A program made the translations under genes and the position numbers. This document shows positions 9,026 through 17,232 of a DNA stretch of 32,000 bases, piece by piece. Within the stretch, counting starts at the first letter, position 1. Each line of letters begins with the position of its first letter. Source of the DNA: an uncultured Chloroflexia bacterium. GTDB lineage: Bacteria > Chloroflexota > Anaerolineae > Anaerolineales > Anaerolineaceae. The stretch is taken from the NCBI GenBank assembly GCA_963704755.1, contig OY969938.1, positions 4,800,001 through 4,832,000 on the forward strand. Direction: 5' to 3'. The notes beneath the pieces were generated by a model, which did not search any database, was not told the DNA's origin, and was given only the letters and a program-made list of their open reading frames with translations.

Positions 9026-9310
9026 TTACTCGCGATTAATTAAGCTGAACCGCATGACCGGCTCAAGGAAACGTAAGTTACGTTCCAGTTCACCAGTGGA
9101 AGCGGGTGAAAGTTGCATTTCAAAAAGAACGTACTGGCCTTCGCGGCGTTTATTGATAATGTACGCTAAACGTCGTTTCCCCCAGTTATCGATCTTATTG
9201 ATCGTGCCACCTGCTTCATTGATCCAACCAGTAACCCGGTCGATGATGCCTTGCATGGCGGTCTCATCCAACTCCGGTTGGGCAATGAATATTAATTCGT
9301 AGGTACGCAT
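9026..9310 (-). CDS. rpsF: 30S ribosomal protein S6
   Basis: MRTYELIFIAQPELDE... is the S6 N-terminus. ATG at 9310 is preceded by GGAAAGGAGGATCCCTTT. The longer ORF reaching 9400 is 5' leader. The rpsF-ssb-rpsR order is the conserved operon. Confidence 0.93.
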   Translation of the reverse strand: MRTYELIFIAQPELDETAMQGIIDRVTGWINEAGGTINKIDNWGKRRLAYIINKRREGQYVLFEMQLSPASTGELERNLRFLEPVMRFSLINRE

Positions 9311-9840
9311 AAAGGGATCCTCCTTTCCTCGGGATAGCCCTCCGACAACGCAGTCTGCGCAGCGAAGAGCGGAAAGCAGCAATGGACCACACAGGGCCAA
9401 TTTGCAAGCTAGACAAGTTTACTACAGAATTTCCTATCCGCAAAGATAACAATTAGTGCGTGTCGAAAAAACGCCTTTAAAAAAATTGGGTATATGTGGT
9501 GGTGCGGCAAGGTGGCTCTACCATATATACCCCTGTCTGGATGATGAAAGGTGGTTATTTCAACGCCATCGCAAATAAAGGGGTGGCGAAATTGAGATAT
9601 TGGTATCCTTGGCCAACTTTGATGACCCTTTTATTACCCGCAATTAACCCTGGGAAGGTGAGCAAAAAAATGAACCATTCTCATATACTTTTAATGCTTC
9701 CTGGGAAGCCAGAAGTGGTTTGACTGAGAAAAACATTTGTGGGTTTCGGGATGCTTTGATTAGCTGTGTTTGGCGAAAGGCAAATAGGCAATTCTAAACA
9801 TCGGTCTCTTGAACATGAAAGAGAGGCTCGGTCCGAAGAA

Positions 9841-9879
9841 AACGCCGGGGATTCGCAAGCCTGGTGTTTATTATTTTGT
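9841..9879 (+). promoter_or_regulatory. terminator-like hairpin plus U-rich tail in the 5' leader of the flavoprotein gene (possible attenuator)
   Basis: AACGCCGGG/CCTGGTGTT forms a 9-bp stem (two G-U pairs) followed by TATTATTTT, about 20 nt upstream of the AGGAG RBS and ATG 9901. Confidence 0.3.
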
Positions 9880-9900
9880 GAATGAAGGAGAAGATGATTT

Positions 9901-11463
9901 ATGAGCACGAATGCGCAAGAGTCGAAGAGATATACCCGTCGAAGTTTTTTGAAGGGTGCAGCCGGAGTCGCTGCAATTGGTGTATTGGGCAGCTGCGCGC
10001 CAAAATTGGCTACCCCCGAAGGCGCTGCAACGGAAGAATCGACTTCCACGGAACCCATCGAAGTTTCCGAAACGATGGATGCTGACATCGTTGTAGTCGG
10101 TGGCGGGTCATCAGGGATGTGCGCGACCGTCCAGGCGGCCCAATTAGGCGCGAAAGTTATGCTCCTGGAGAAAAATTCCACCCTGGGTGGAAATGGTAAT
10201 GGCACCGAAGGGATGTTCGCCATTGGCAGTGATATGCAGAAGAAGGCCGGCATCGAAATCACTTTCCGTGAAATCATTTCCACCGAGCAAGAGTTCTTTA
10301 ATTACCGGGTGAACGCCTTATTCTGGAAAGACATGGTGGAAGCTTCGGCGGACGATCTCAACTGGCTAATCGATAACGGTGTGCCGTTTTCCGGTGTGGT
10401 CGACGATTATTACGGGCTAGGTAAGGTCAAAGCCTTCCACTGGTTCAAAGATGGAAAAGGCAAAAATTATATGGACGCCATGGCAGCCAAGGCCAAAGAC
10501 CTGGGCGTCACGGTTATGACCAGCACACCCGCCACCGATTTACTCCTGGATGGGAACAAAGTCGCCGGTGTTTATGCTAAAAAAGAAGACGGCAGCATGA
10601 TCCTGATCAATTGCAAGGCCGTGATTCTGGCTTCCGGCGGGTACGTGGACAATACCGATATGATGAACGCTCGTGGCTACGACATGACCTATTCGGCTCA
10701 CCAGGGTTTTCCCGGACACGACGGGGATGGGTTGAGGATGGCATCTGTCGCGGGCGCCGAGGACGTTTCATTGGAGCGGTGTTTCTTGCGTGACCCCTAT
10801 TCATACGGGATCGATTTCTTTGGTACCATGACACAGGCTATTCACCGCGGTGGGCCGTTCTTGTGGGTCAACCAGGACGCGGTTCGTTATTGCAATGAAG
10901 CCTGTGGAGCGTTCACGCCTGGGAATAACTCCAACGCCGTCCATACCCAGAAGACTTCCTATTTGATCTTCGATCACGGTGTTTTGGCCAAACTGGCCGA
11001 GTCGGTGGATAACCTGGAAGCGGATGTAGAAGATGCCGTCCAGAAATGCCCCGGCAAAAATATCTACAAAGCGAATACCATCCAGGACCTGGCCAACCAG
11101 ATCGGTCTCGATCCGGATACACTGTCCGCCACACTCGATCGCTACAACTCCTTGTGCAAGCAGGGCCTGGATGAAGATTTCGGTAAAACAGCCGATGATT
11201 TAATCGAGCTATCCTCGGCGCCGTATTATATCTTCAGGCAGGATATGTCCTTCTGGACTTCGATCGGCGGTATTCAAACCAATCGCAAGATGGAAGCGAT
11301 CAATGCCAGCGGCGATCCCATCCCAGGTCTGTATGTAGCCGGTACCGACGGTTGCGAGCTCTACCGCGAGACGTACACCATGAACGTGCCCGCGTCTTGC
11401 AACGCCAACAACTGCTATTCCGGCCGGACGGCTGCCAAGAACGCCTACGCCTCGATGGCCTAA
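9901..11463 (+). CDS. FAD-dependent oxidoreductase of the fumarate reductase / 3-ketosteroid dehydrogenase flavoprotein family, with a Tat signal and possible lipobox
   Basis: The twin-arginine motif TRRSFLKGAAGVAAIGVLGSC is followed by the dinucleotide fold DIVVVGGGSSGMCA...LLEK...GGN and the C-terminal GLYVAGTD motif. Confidence 0.75.
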   Translation: MSTNAQESKRYTRRSFLKGAAGVAAIGVLGSCAPKLATPEGAATEESTSTEPIEVSETMDADIVVVGGGSSGMCATVQAAQLGAKVMLLEKNSTLGGNGNGTEGMFAIGSDMQKKAGIEITFREIISTEQEFFNYRVNALFWKDMVEASADDLNWLIDNGVPFSGVVDDYYGLGKVKAFHWFKDGKGKNYMDAMAAKAKDLGVTVMTSTPATDLLLDGNKVAGVYAKKEDGSMILINCKAVILASGGYVDNTDMMNARGYDMTYSAHQGFPGHDGDGLRMASVAGAEDVSLERCFLRDPYSYGIDFFGTMTQAIHRGGPFLWVNQDAVRYCNEACGAFTPGNNSNAVHTQKTSYLIFDHGVLAKLAESVDNLEADVEDAVQKCPGKNIYKANTIQDLANQIGLDPDTLSATLDRYNSLCKQGLDEDFGKTADDLIELSSAPYYIFRQDMSFWTSIGGIQTNRKMEAINASGDPIPGLYVAGTDGCELYRETYTMNVPASCNANNCYSGRTAAKNAYASMA

Positions 11464-11470
11464 GCTAATC

Positions 11471-11512
11471 AAAACAAGAGGGTGGCAAACCGCCACCCTC
11501 TTGTTTTCGTTT
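11471..11512 (+). terminator. intrinsic terminator of the flavoprotein gene
   Basis: AAAACAAGAGGGTGGC-AAACC-GCCACCCTCTTGTTTT followed by CGTTTTT. Confidence 0.8.
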
Positions 11513-11532
11513 TTGGTATGCTTAATCCTAAC

Positions 11533-11583
11533 CGAATTCAAGGTGTCTGTGAGGGCTGCGCCTACGCAGACACCTTGAATTCG
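11533..11583 (-). terminator. 17-bp perfect-stem hairpin immediately downstream of the minus-strand oxidoreductase gene (no clear U-tract)
   Basis: CGAATTCAAGGTGTCTG ... CAGACACCTTGAATTCG. Confidence 0.45.
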
Positions 11584-11589
11584 GGTTCT

Positions 11590-12771
11590 TTACTTGATCA
11601 GCCCAGGCAAATTTGTGGGGGAAATGACTTCGCCGGCCTGGATGAGTGCGCGGGCTTCATCCACCTTGCCCCAGGTATCGACCAGCAGCACACCAGCTAC
11701 ACGGCTTTCCTGCAGGTAATAAACGACCCCCTTCTTGTACGGCTCTACCCAATCGCCGACGATGGGCAGGCTGGAATCGACCAGTCCAACCGCTTCGTAG
11801 CCCAGCTCGAACAGGTCGGAATAGAACATGGGCAGGAAGTGATATTCCTCGTGCTGCCCGGCCATGGACAGGCCGGCTAATTCGCCGCTTTTGTTGGCGT
11901 GGTCCTCATGCTCGGCATGCAGAAATTGGTGCAGATACGGGCTGTAGAAATCGATCACATCCCCGGCGGCGAAGATGTCCGCCAGGCTGGTGTGGTAGCC
12001 CGCATCGACCTGGATCCCTTTGCGGATGGTCACGCCGAGCTGCTGGGCCAGCTCCAGGTTGGGGCGGACCCCCAGGCCGGCGATGATGGCGTCGGCTTCG
12101 AGGCGCTCGCCCCGGTCGGTAACGACAAACGGTCGCGCATTTTCTTCGCCGACCTGCGCGACCATCCGGCCGTTCATCACACGCACACCTTTTCCTTCGT
12201 AAAACTGATTGATTTTTACGGCCATGTCATGCGGAAAGATCCGTTGGGCGATGCCATCTTCCGGAAATACCATGGTGACCTGCTTGCCCTGGCTGCTTAG
12301 CGCAGCGGCGATCTCGGAACCGATGTAGCCACCCCCGATCAAGATGAAGTCCTGGTTCGCGGCGGCTTTTTCGCGCAGCAAATGGTAATCATCCAGGGTG
12401 CGGTAGTAGATCACGGAGTCGGGGGCATCTTTCAGACGAATCGGTTTGGCGCCGGTGGCCAGCAGCAAGGACTCATATTCGAATTCAGCGCCGCTTTCGT
12501 CCTGGATGGTCCTGGCCTGGGGATCGACGGCGACGACTTTGTGTCCCAGGCGCATTTCTACTCCCAGGTTTTCGGTGTGGCGCCAGATATTATCTTCTTT
12601 TTGTTTTTTCCATAACCCTTTGGAGAGGGGCGGCCGGTTATACGGGGCAAATTTTTCTTTTCCGACCATCAGGATGGGGCTGTTGGGGTCCGCACGGCGG
12701 ATGCCGCGGGCAGCAGCGTCGGCGGCCATGCCACCGCCGGCGATAATGTATTTGAAGTGTTGCGTTGTCAT
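11590..12771 (-). CDS. NAD(P)/FAD-dependent pyridine nucleotide-disulfide oxidoreductase (ferredoxin-reductase / AIF-like)
   Basis: YIIAGGGMAADAAA (FAD GxGxxA), YNRPPLSK, FILIGGGYIGSEIAAAL (NAD fold) and IFAAGDV. GGAGG RBS at about 12779-12783. Confidence 0.8.
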   Translation of the reverse strand: MTTQHFKYIIAGGGMAADAAARGIRRADPNSPILMVGKEKFAPYNRPPLSKGLWKKQKEDNIWRHTENLGVEMRLGHKVVAVDPQARTIQDESGAEFEYESLLLATGAKPIRLKDAPDSVIYYRTLDDYHLLREKAAANQDFILIGGGYIGSEIAAALSSQGKQVTMVFPEDGIAQRIFPHDMAVKINQFYEGKGVRVMNGRMVAQVGEENARPFVVTDRGERLEADAIIAGLGVRPNLELAQQLGVTIRKGIQVDAGYHTSLADIFAAGDVIDFYSPYLHQFLHAEHEDHANKSGELAGLSMAGQHEEYHFLPMFYSDLFELGYEAVGLVDSSLPIVGDWVEPYKKGVVYYLQESRVAGVLLVDTWGKVDEARALIQAGEVISPTNLPGLIK

Positions 12772-13006
12772 GATTTGTCCTCCACTATGCTTGAACTCTA
12801 CAGCAAATTTGGTGAAAGTAAACAGAGATAATACATCAATTATATAAGCATTTGTGCTCGAATTATTGGGACGTTGATCAAGTTTATGTGATGTGGGCGG
12901 GCTTTTGCAGCAATCATATCCCTGTGAACTCTGCTTGTTAACACTTTCAACAATCTTTATTTCATCAATGTTTCAAATTATGTAATCTGAAACTTGAAAT
13001 TTTACA

Positions 13007-13015
13007 TGATAGAAT
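13007..13015 (+). promoter_or_regulatory. extended -10 element (TGATAGAAT) upstream of the TetR gene
   Basis: The TGnTAGAAT match lies ~20-30 nt upstream of the GTG 13034 / ATG 13040 starts, embedded in overlapping inverted words (TTTCAA/TTGAAA, ATGTAA/TTACAT at 12971-13007). Confidence 0.35.
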
Positions 13016-13033
13016 CAGAAATAAAACTGGAAA

Positions 13034-13627
13034 GTGGTTATGAATTTGGATAAGATCTCGCTTGATAAGGAAATAATCCTCAATGCAACAGAAGAAGTTA
13101 TTCGCCGTTTCGGACCAGACAAGGCGAATATCACTGACGTAGCAAAATCATTAAAAGTCAGCCATGCTGCCCTTTATAGATATTTTGCTGGGAAAACTGC
13201 CCTTTGGAATGCTGTTACCGAACGCTGGCTAACCAATATGAATGCCAGTTCAGAAGAAATTCTAAAAGAAGATAATCCTGCGGATATTAAACTTTTTCAT
13301 TTACTCGAAGACTTTACTGAAGCTAAACGCCGCAGCGCGATTAATGACCCGGAAATGTTTGCGAATTACATTAAGCTGGCCCACAGCTCAAAGGAAATAA
13401 TCGAAAAAAGTATCGAAGAAGTTATTAATCGTATCGAGGAGATTATCGTTCAAGGAATTTCGGAAGGTATATTTTTTACCGAATCTCCTCGTCAAGCAGC
13501 AAGAACTGTATATCTAGCAACCGGTGTTTTTATCAACCCCAACTTATTTGATGATCCGAATCGAAAACAGAACATAGAATCGGTTGTAGGACTTCTGATA
13601 AGAGGACTTAAAAATCCTGATAAATGA
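13034..13627 (+). CDS. TetR/AcrR family transcriptional regulator
   Basis: The N-terminal HTH reads ILNATEEVIRRFGPDKANITDVAKSLKVSHAALYRYFAGK, followed by an all-helical C-terminal domain. ATG 13040 is an alternative start. The gene is visibly AT-rich. Confidence 0.85.
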   Translation: MVMNLDKISLDKEIILNATEEVIRRFGPDKANITDVAKSLKVSHAALYRYFAGKTALWNAVTERWLTNMNASSEEILKEDNPADIKLFHLLEDFTEAKRRSAINDPEMFANYIKLAHSSKEIIEKSIEEVINRIEEIIVQGISEGIFFTESPRQAARTVYLATGVFINPNLFDDPNRKQNIESVVGLLIRGLKNPDK

Positions 13628-13676
13628 ATCAAGCAGGAAATGGGGGCCAGCTTCGTCCTCTCGCGATGCCTTTTTT

Positions 13677-13692
13677 TTGTAACGGGTTACAA
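13677..13692. promoter_or_regulatory. perfect 7-2-7 palindrome TTGTAAC-GG-GTTACAA (operator-like), with further GTTACA/TGTAAC half-sites at 13744-13749 and 13762-13767
   Basis: Read directly. It lies between the TetR stop (T8 run at 13671-13678) and the AAGGAG RBS (13791-13796) of the next gene. Confidence 0.4.
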
Positions 13693-13804
13693 ATTAAAAT
13701 ATATTGTATTTTGTAGCGTAATATAGTACTATTGTGGCTGGTAGTTACAGTATCATAAATATGTAACCTGTAGCACAAATATTAAAGGTTAAGGAGAATT
13801 CCTT

Positions 13805-14779
13805 ATGCGTAATCAAGAACCGACTGCCGACATGTCGGCGGTCACGAGCAGAGCGGTCCGGCTCGAGTCATTCGGCGGTCCTGAGGCCCTCACCGTTCGC
13901 GAAGTACCCGTGCCGCAGGCCGGATCGGGGCAGATTCGGGTTCGCGTCACCGCGGCCGGACTGAACCCGATGGACTGGATTATGACCTCTGACGCAGACA
14001 GCGCCACTCGATTCGGTTTGAGCCTGCCGTGCGGGTTCGGAACCGACTATGCCGGGATCGTGGACCAGGTCGGTAACGGTGTGACCGGGTTCGCGGCCGG
14101 CGACCGGGTGTTCGGCGCCGCCCTCTCCCGCGCGATATCCACCTACATTGTCCTGGACGTGGCAAAGACCATCGCGGCGGGCAGCGACGTGCACCACACC
14201 CCCGATGGCGTCGACGACCGCACTGCCGCCACACTTACGGTCGCAGGTTGCACGGCCTCCGCCGCCCTCGCCGTGGTCAACCCCGGCCCGCACGACACGG
14301 TGCTCATTGGCGGCGCGGGAGGCGGAGTGGGCGTGTTCGCTGTCCAGCTCGCCCGGCTCGCAGGCGCGCGAGTGATCGGCACGGGATCGGCAACCTCGGC
14401 CGATGACCTTCGTGCCCTCGGGGCCGAGCCGGTTACCTATGGCGAGGGCATGGTCGACCGGCTCCGCGCCCTGGCTCCCGCCGGCATCACTGCGGCCATC
14501 GACCTGTACGGGACCGACACGGTGCGGGCGGCCCGCGAACTTGGCGTTCCAGACGAGCGCATCACCGGCATCGCTGCACGGATCGACGGGATCAGGACGG
14601 CAAATGGGGCGAACGCCTCCCCTGGCGCCATAGAAGAGATTGCACGCATGGTCGCTGCGGGCCGGCTCCGAGTGCCCATCGCAGCAAGTTTCCCGATGGA
14701 GCAGATCCGTGCGGCGGTCGAGCTTCAGGCCAGCCGGCACGTGCACGGTAAGGTCGTCATCGACATCAGTCTGGGATAA
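13805..14779 (+). CDS. NADPH:quinone oxidoreductase / zeta-crystallin-like MDR-family oxidoreductase
   Basis: VRV.AAGLNPMDW, GDRVFG, and the Rossmann motif VLIGGAGGGVGVFAVQLA, ending in HGKVVI. Very GC-rich with G/C-dominated third positions. Strong AAGGAG RBS. Confidence 0.8.
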   Translation: MRNQEPTADMSAVTSRAVRLESFGGPEALTVREVPVPQAGSGQIRVRVTAAGLNPMDWIMTSDADSATRFGLSLPCGFGTDYAGIVDQVGNGVTGFAAGDRVFGAALSRAISTYIVLDVAKTIAAGSDVHHTPDGVDDRTAATLTVAGCTASAALAVVNPGPHDTVLIGGAGGGVGVFAVQLARLAGARVIGTGSATSADDLRALGAEPVTYGEGMVDRLRALAPAGITAAIDLYGTDTVRAARELGVPDERITGIAARIDGIRTANGANASPGAIEEIARMVAAGRLRVPIAASFPMEQIRAAVELQASRHVHGKVVIDISLG

Positions 14780-14798
14780 AAGAAAAAAGAGGTAATTT

Positions 14799-14849
14799 GA
14801 GTGTGTTCTTATTCGTGACGGCCACGCCGCCACGAATAAGAACACACTC
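14799..14849. terminator. perfect 19-bp stem hairpin between the convergent qor-like and recJ genes
   Basis: GAGTGTGTTCTTATTCGTG-13 nt-CACGAATAAGAACACACTC. On the minus strand it is followed by a T-rich stretch (CTCTTTTTTCTTTT), so it is plausibly the recJ-operon terminator. Confidence 0.5.
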
Positions 14850-14899
14850 AAAAACTCTTATCCCGAACTGACGTTAAATGGGTTTTTCTTGGAAATGAT

Positions 14900-17221
14900 C
14901 TATACAAACAATTCGGCCGGATCGACGCGGCGGTAGAATGCGCGGAAGGATGCGGTCTCGCGCAATTCATCGGCCAATTGAGTCGAGAGGCGCTCCAGGG
15001 TGGCCTTGTCCGGCACACCGCCTTCGGCCAGGCTGAACTGGCCGCCGTCTCTTTCGACCTGGCGGATATAGCCGCGGGCGATGACCCAGCCCAGACCAGT
15101 CTCGATGGTGGTTTCACGCTGGCCGAGGGCGCCCGCCAGGCCGGCCAGGCTTACCAAACCCTGCTGGGTGCGCAATGCAAAGCGGACCATGCCCATAAGC
15201 TGTTCCAGAAAGGCGCGAGGCTGGTCTTTGTCGAGGGCAAAGCAACCCAAGATGATTCGCTGGGGGGCGACCGCTCGCAGGGCATTCAGGATCAGCCGCT
15301 GATCGGGAGGTGGGTTCCAGATCACCAGGTTATCCGCGGGTCGCAAGGATTGGCGGGTAGCGCTGGGAAAATCCAGGCGCTGCACGCCTTCGGCCCAGAC
15401 GCAGCGCGATTCTTCTCGCCCGGCCAGCGCCAATACCCGCTGCGGATCGATTTCGGCCCGCAGATCGAGCACATTGTTGAGGGTCAACAGGGGCGTGGCC
15501 AGGTTGGTCTGCGTGGGGTGCAGCAGGCGGGCGTTGTGCCATTCCAGTTGGACTTCGTTCTGCCCGCGATAATTGTTGGCCCGCACCGTATAGGCCAGGT
15601 CGAAGGGCCCTTCGGGCAACAGGTCACGCGAGCTGTTCCACCAGACCACCCGGCGAGTATTTCCGGCCGGGTCTTCCACGATCACACTCAAATGGTCGTC
15701 GTTCTTGCCCAGGCGGGTGGCATCGACAACCTTTAAATTGCGCGTAGCCAATAAAACCACCGGGTTACCCTGGCCAAACGGGGACAAGCGTTCGATGTTT
15801 GCCACTAAATCGATGCCGATCTGGTCGAACCCCAGATAGGCGTCGATGCCGATCTCATTGACCGGCGCGGTAGCACCCATCTGGCGCTGGACATCCGCGC
15901 AGACCTGGCGGCGGAAAGCCGGCAGCTTTTCGGGCTGTAAGGAAAGCCCGGCCGCCATGGGGTGGCCGCCATAGCCATTGAGCAGCGAGGCAGCCGAGGC
16001 GATGGCCTGGGTGATGTTTACGCCTGGGATGGAGCGGGCCGAGCCATGGACCGGCCCGCCCGGGGCCGAGTTGAGCAGAATCACTGGGCGCTGGTACAGT
16101 TCAACCAGGCGGCTGGCGACGATACCGATCACGCCCGCGGCCCACTCGGGGTGGTCCAGGACCAGCACCGGCTGCTCCAGCAGGCCCGGCTCGCTTTCAA
16201 GCCGGGCCAAAGCACCTTTGAAGATCTGGTCGGTCAACACCCGGCGATGGGCGTTCAAGCCTTCCAGTTGGGCGGCAAAGATTTCGGCTTTCTGGCTGTC
16301 GCTAGTGGTGAAAAACTCGACGATCGGATTGGCGTCGTCCAGGCGGCCGAGCGCGTTCAGGCGTGGGCCGATCATGAAACCGATCTGTTCCTCGGTCATG
16401 TTGCTGGGGTCGAGCTCGGCCCGTGCATAGATCTTTTGCAACCCCAGCCGTTCGGCTTTGCGCAGGCGCTGCAGGCCAAGCTGGACGTGATAACGCGCGT
16501 CGCCACTCAAGGTGGCCACATCGGCCACCGTACCCAGGGCGACCAGGTCGAGCTGGGCGGCGGCCAGTTCAGGCCGGTCCATGCGCCGGCAAAGCTCTTC
16601 GGCGAATACATAGGCCGTGCCCGCGCCGGGAATGGTACGCAGGGGATGGCCTTCCGGCAGGCGCTGCGGATTGACAATTGCATAAGCCGGCGGCAGTTGA
16701 TCCGGCAAGGTATGATGGTCGGTGATGACCACCTCGACCCCGCGGTTGTTGGCGTACTCCACCGCCGGCTGGGCGCTCACCCCGGTATCGCAGCTCAACA
16801 ACACCTGCACACCGGTATCGAGAAAATCCTTGAGGTAGGGCACGGTGATCCCATGCAATTCCTTGCTGCGGATGGGAATGTGAAAACAGACCCGGGCTCC
16901 CAACCCGCGCAGCACGCTGACCAGCAAGGTAGTGGAGGTCTGGCCATCGACGTCGAAGTCGCCCCAGACGCCGATCAACTCCTGGGCCTGGATCGCACGG
17001 CGGATGCGCTCGACGCCCTTATCCAGGTCGGGCAGGTCGGTAGGAGCGGCCGGCCGGTAATAAAGAGGGTCCAGGAAGGCTTTGGCCAGTTCGGGGGTGG
17101 CGATGCCGCGCCGGAGCAGGGCCTGGGCCAATAAGGCCGAACCCTCGGCCTGGTCGATCATGGTCTGCGGTGGCGAACCGTCGGGCGGATCGATCCACTT
17201 GATTTCCGGTGTAAGAATCAT
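14900..17221 (-). CDS. recJ: single-stranded-DNA-specific 5'-3' exonuclease RecJ (long form, 773 aa)
   Basis: DHH-family motifs: VWGDFDVDGQTS, VVITDHH, GGHPMAAG. Confidence 0.9.
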   Translation of the reverse strand: MILTPEIKWIDPPDGSPPQTMIDQAEGSALLAQALLRRGIATPELAKAFLDPLYYRPAAPTDLPDLDKGVERIRRAIQAQELIGVWGDFDVDGQTSTTLLVSVLRGLGARVCFHIPIRSKELHGITVPYLKDFLDTGVQVLLSCDTGVSAQPAVEYANNRGVEVVITDHHTLPDQLPPAYAIVNPQRLPEGHPLRTIPGAGTAYVFAEELCRRMDRPELAAAQLDLVALGTVADVATLSGDARYHVQLGLQRLRKAERLGLQKIYARAELDPSNMTEEQIGFMIGPRLNALGRLDDANPIVEFFTTSDSQKAEIFAAQLEGLNAHRRVLTDQIFKGALARLESEPGLLEQPVLVLDHPEWAAGVIGIVASRLVELYQRPVILLNSAPGGPVHGSARSIPGVNITQAIASAASLLNGYGGHPMAAGLSLQPEKLPAFRRQVCADVQRQMGATAPVNEIGIDAYLGFDQIGIDLVANIERLSPFGQGNPVVLLATRNLKVVDATRLGKNDDHLSVIVEDPAGNTRRVVWWNSSRDLLPEGPFDLAYTVRANNYRGQNEVQLEWHNARLLHPTQTNLATPLLTLNNVLDLRAEIDPQRVLALAGREESRCVWAEGVQRLDFPSATRQSLRPADNLVIWNPPPDQRLILNALRAVAPQRIILGCFALDKDQPRAFLEQLMGMVRFALRTQQGLVSLAGLAGALGQRETTIETGLGWVIARGYIRQVERDGGQFSLAEGGVPDKATLERLSTQLADELRETASFRAFYRRVDPAELFV

Positions 17222-17232
17222 CGAGGCAGCAG

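Noticed and set aside
9496-9723. A 75-aa ORF (GTG start), and a 16-aa ORF (MWWCGKVALPYIPLSG, ATG 9494), in the rpsF/flavoprotein gap
   Set aside because: There is no Shine-Dalgarno sequence. The starts lie inside the 9488-9532 hairpin and the peptides have no recognisable features. The region is treated as a non-coding leader.
12790-14850. Calling the compositional island a mobile element or genomic island
   Set aside because: I found no integrase, transposase, terminal inverted repeats, flanking direct repeats or adjacent tRNA. Only the compositional anomaly is reported.
13868-14851. A 327-aa minus-strand ORF, plus several 60-90-aa ORFs, overlapping the quinone-oxidoreductase gene
   Set aside because: These are shadow ORFs of the kind typical in very GC-rich DNA. 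Their translations are Arg/Gly/Pro/Ala-rich with no recognisable motif, whereas the plus-strand frame has clear MDR motifs and an RBS.
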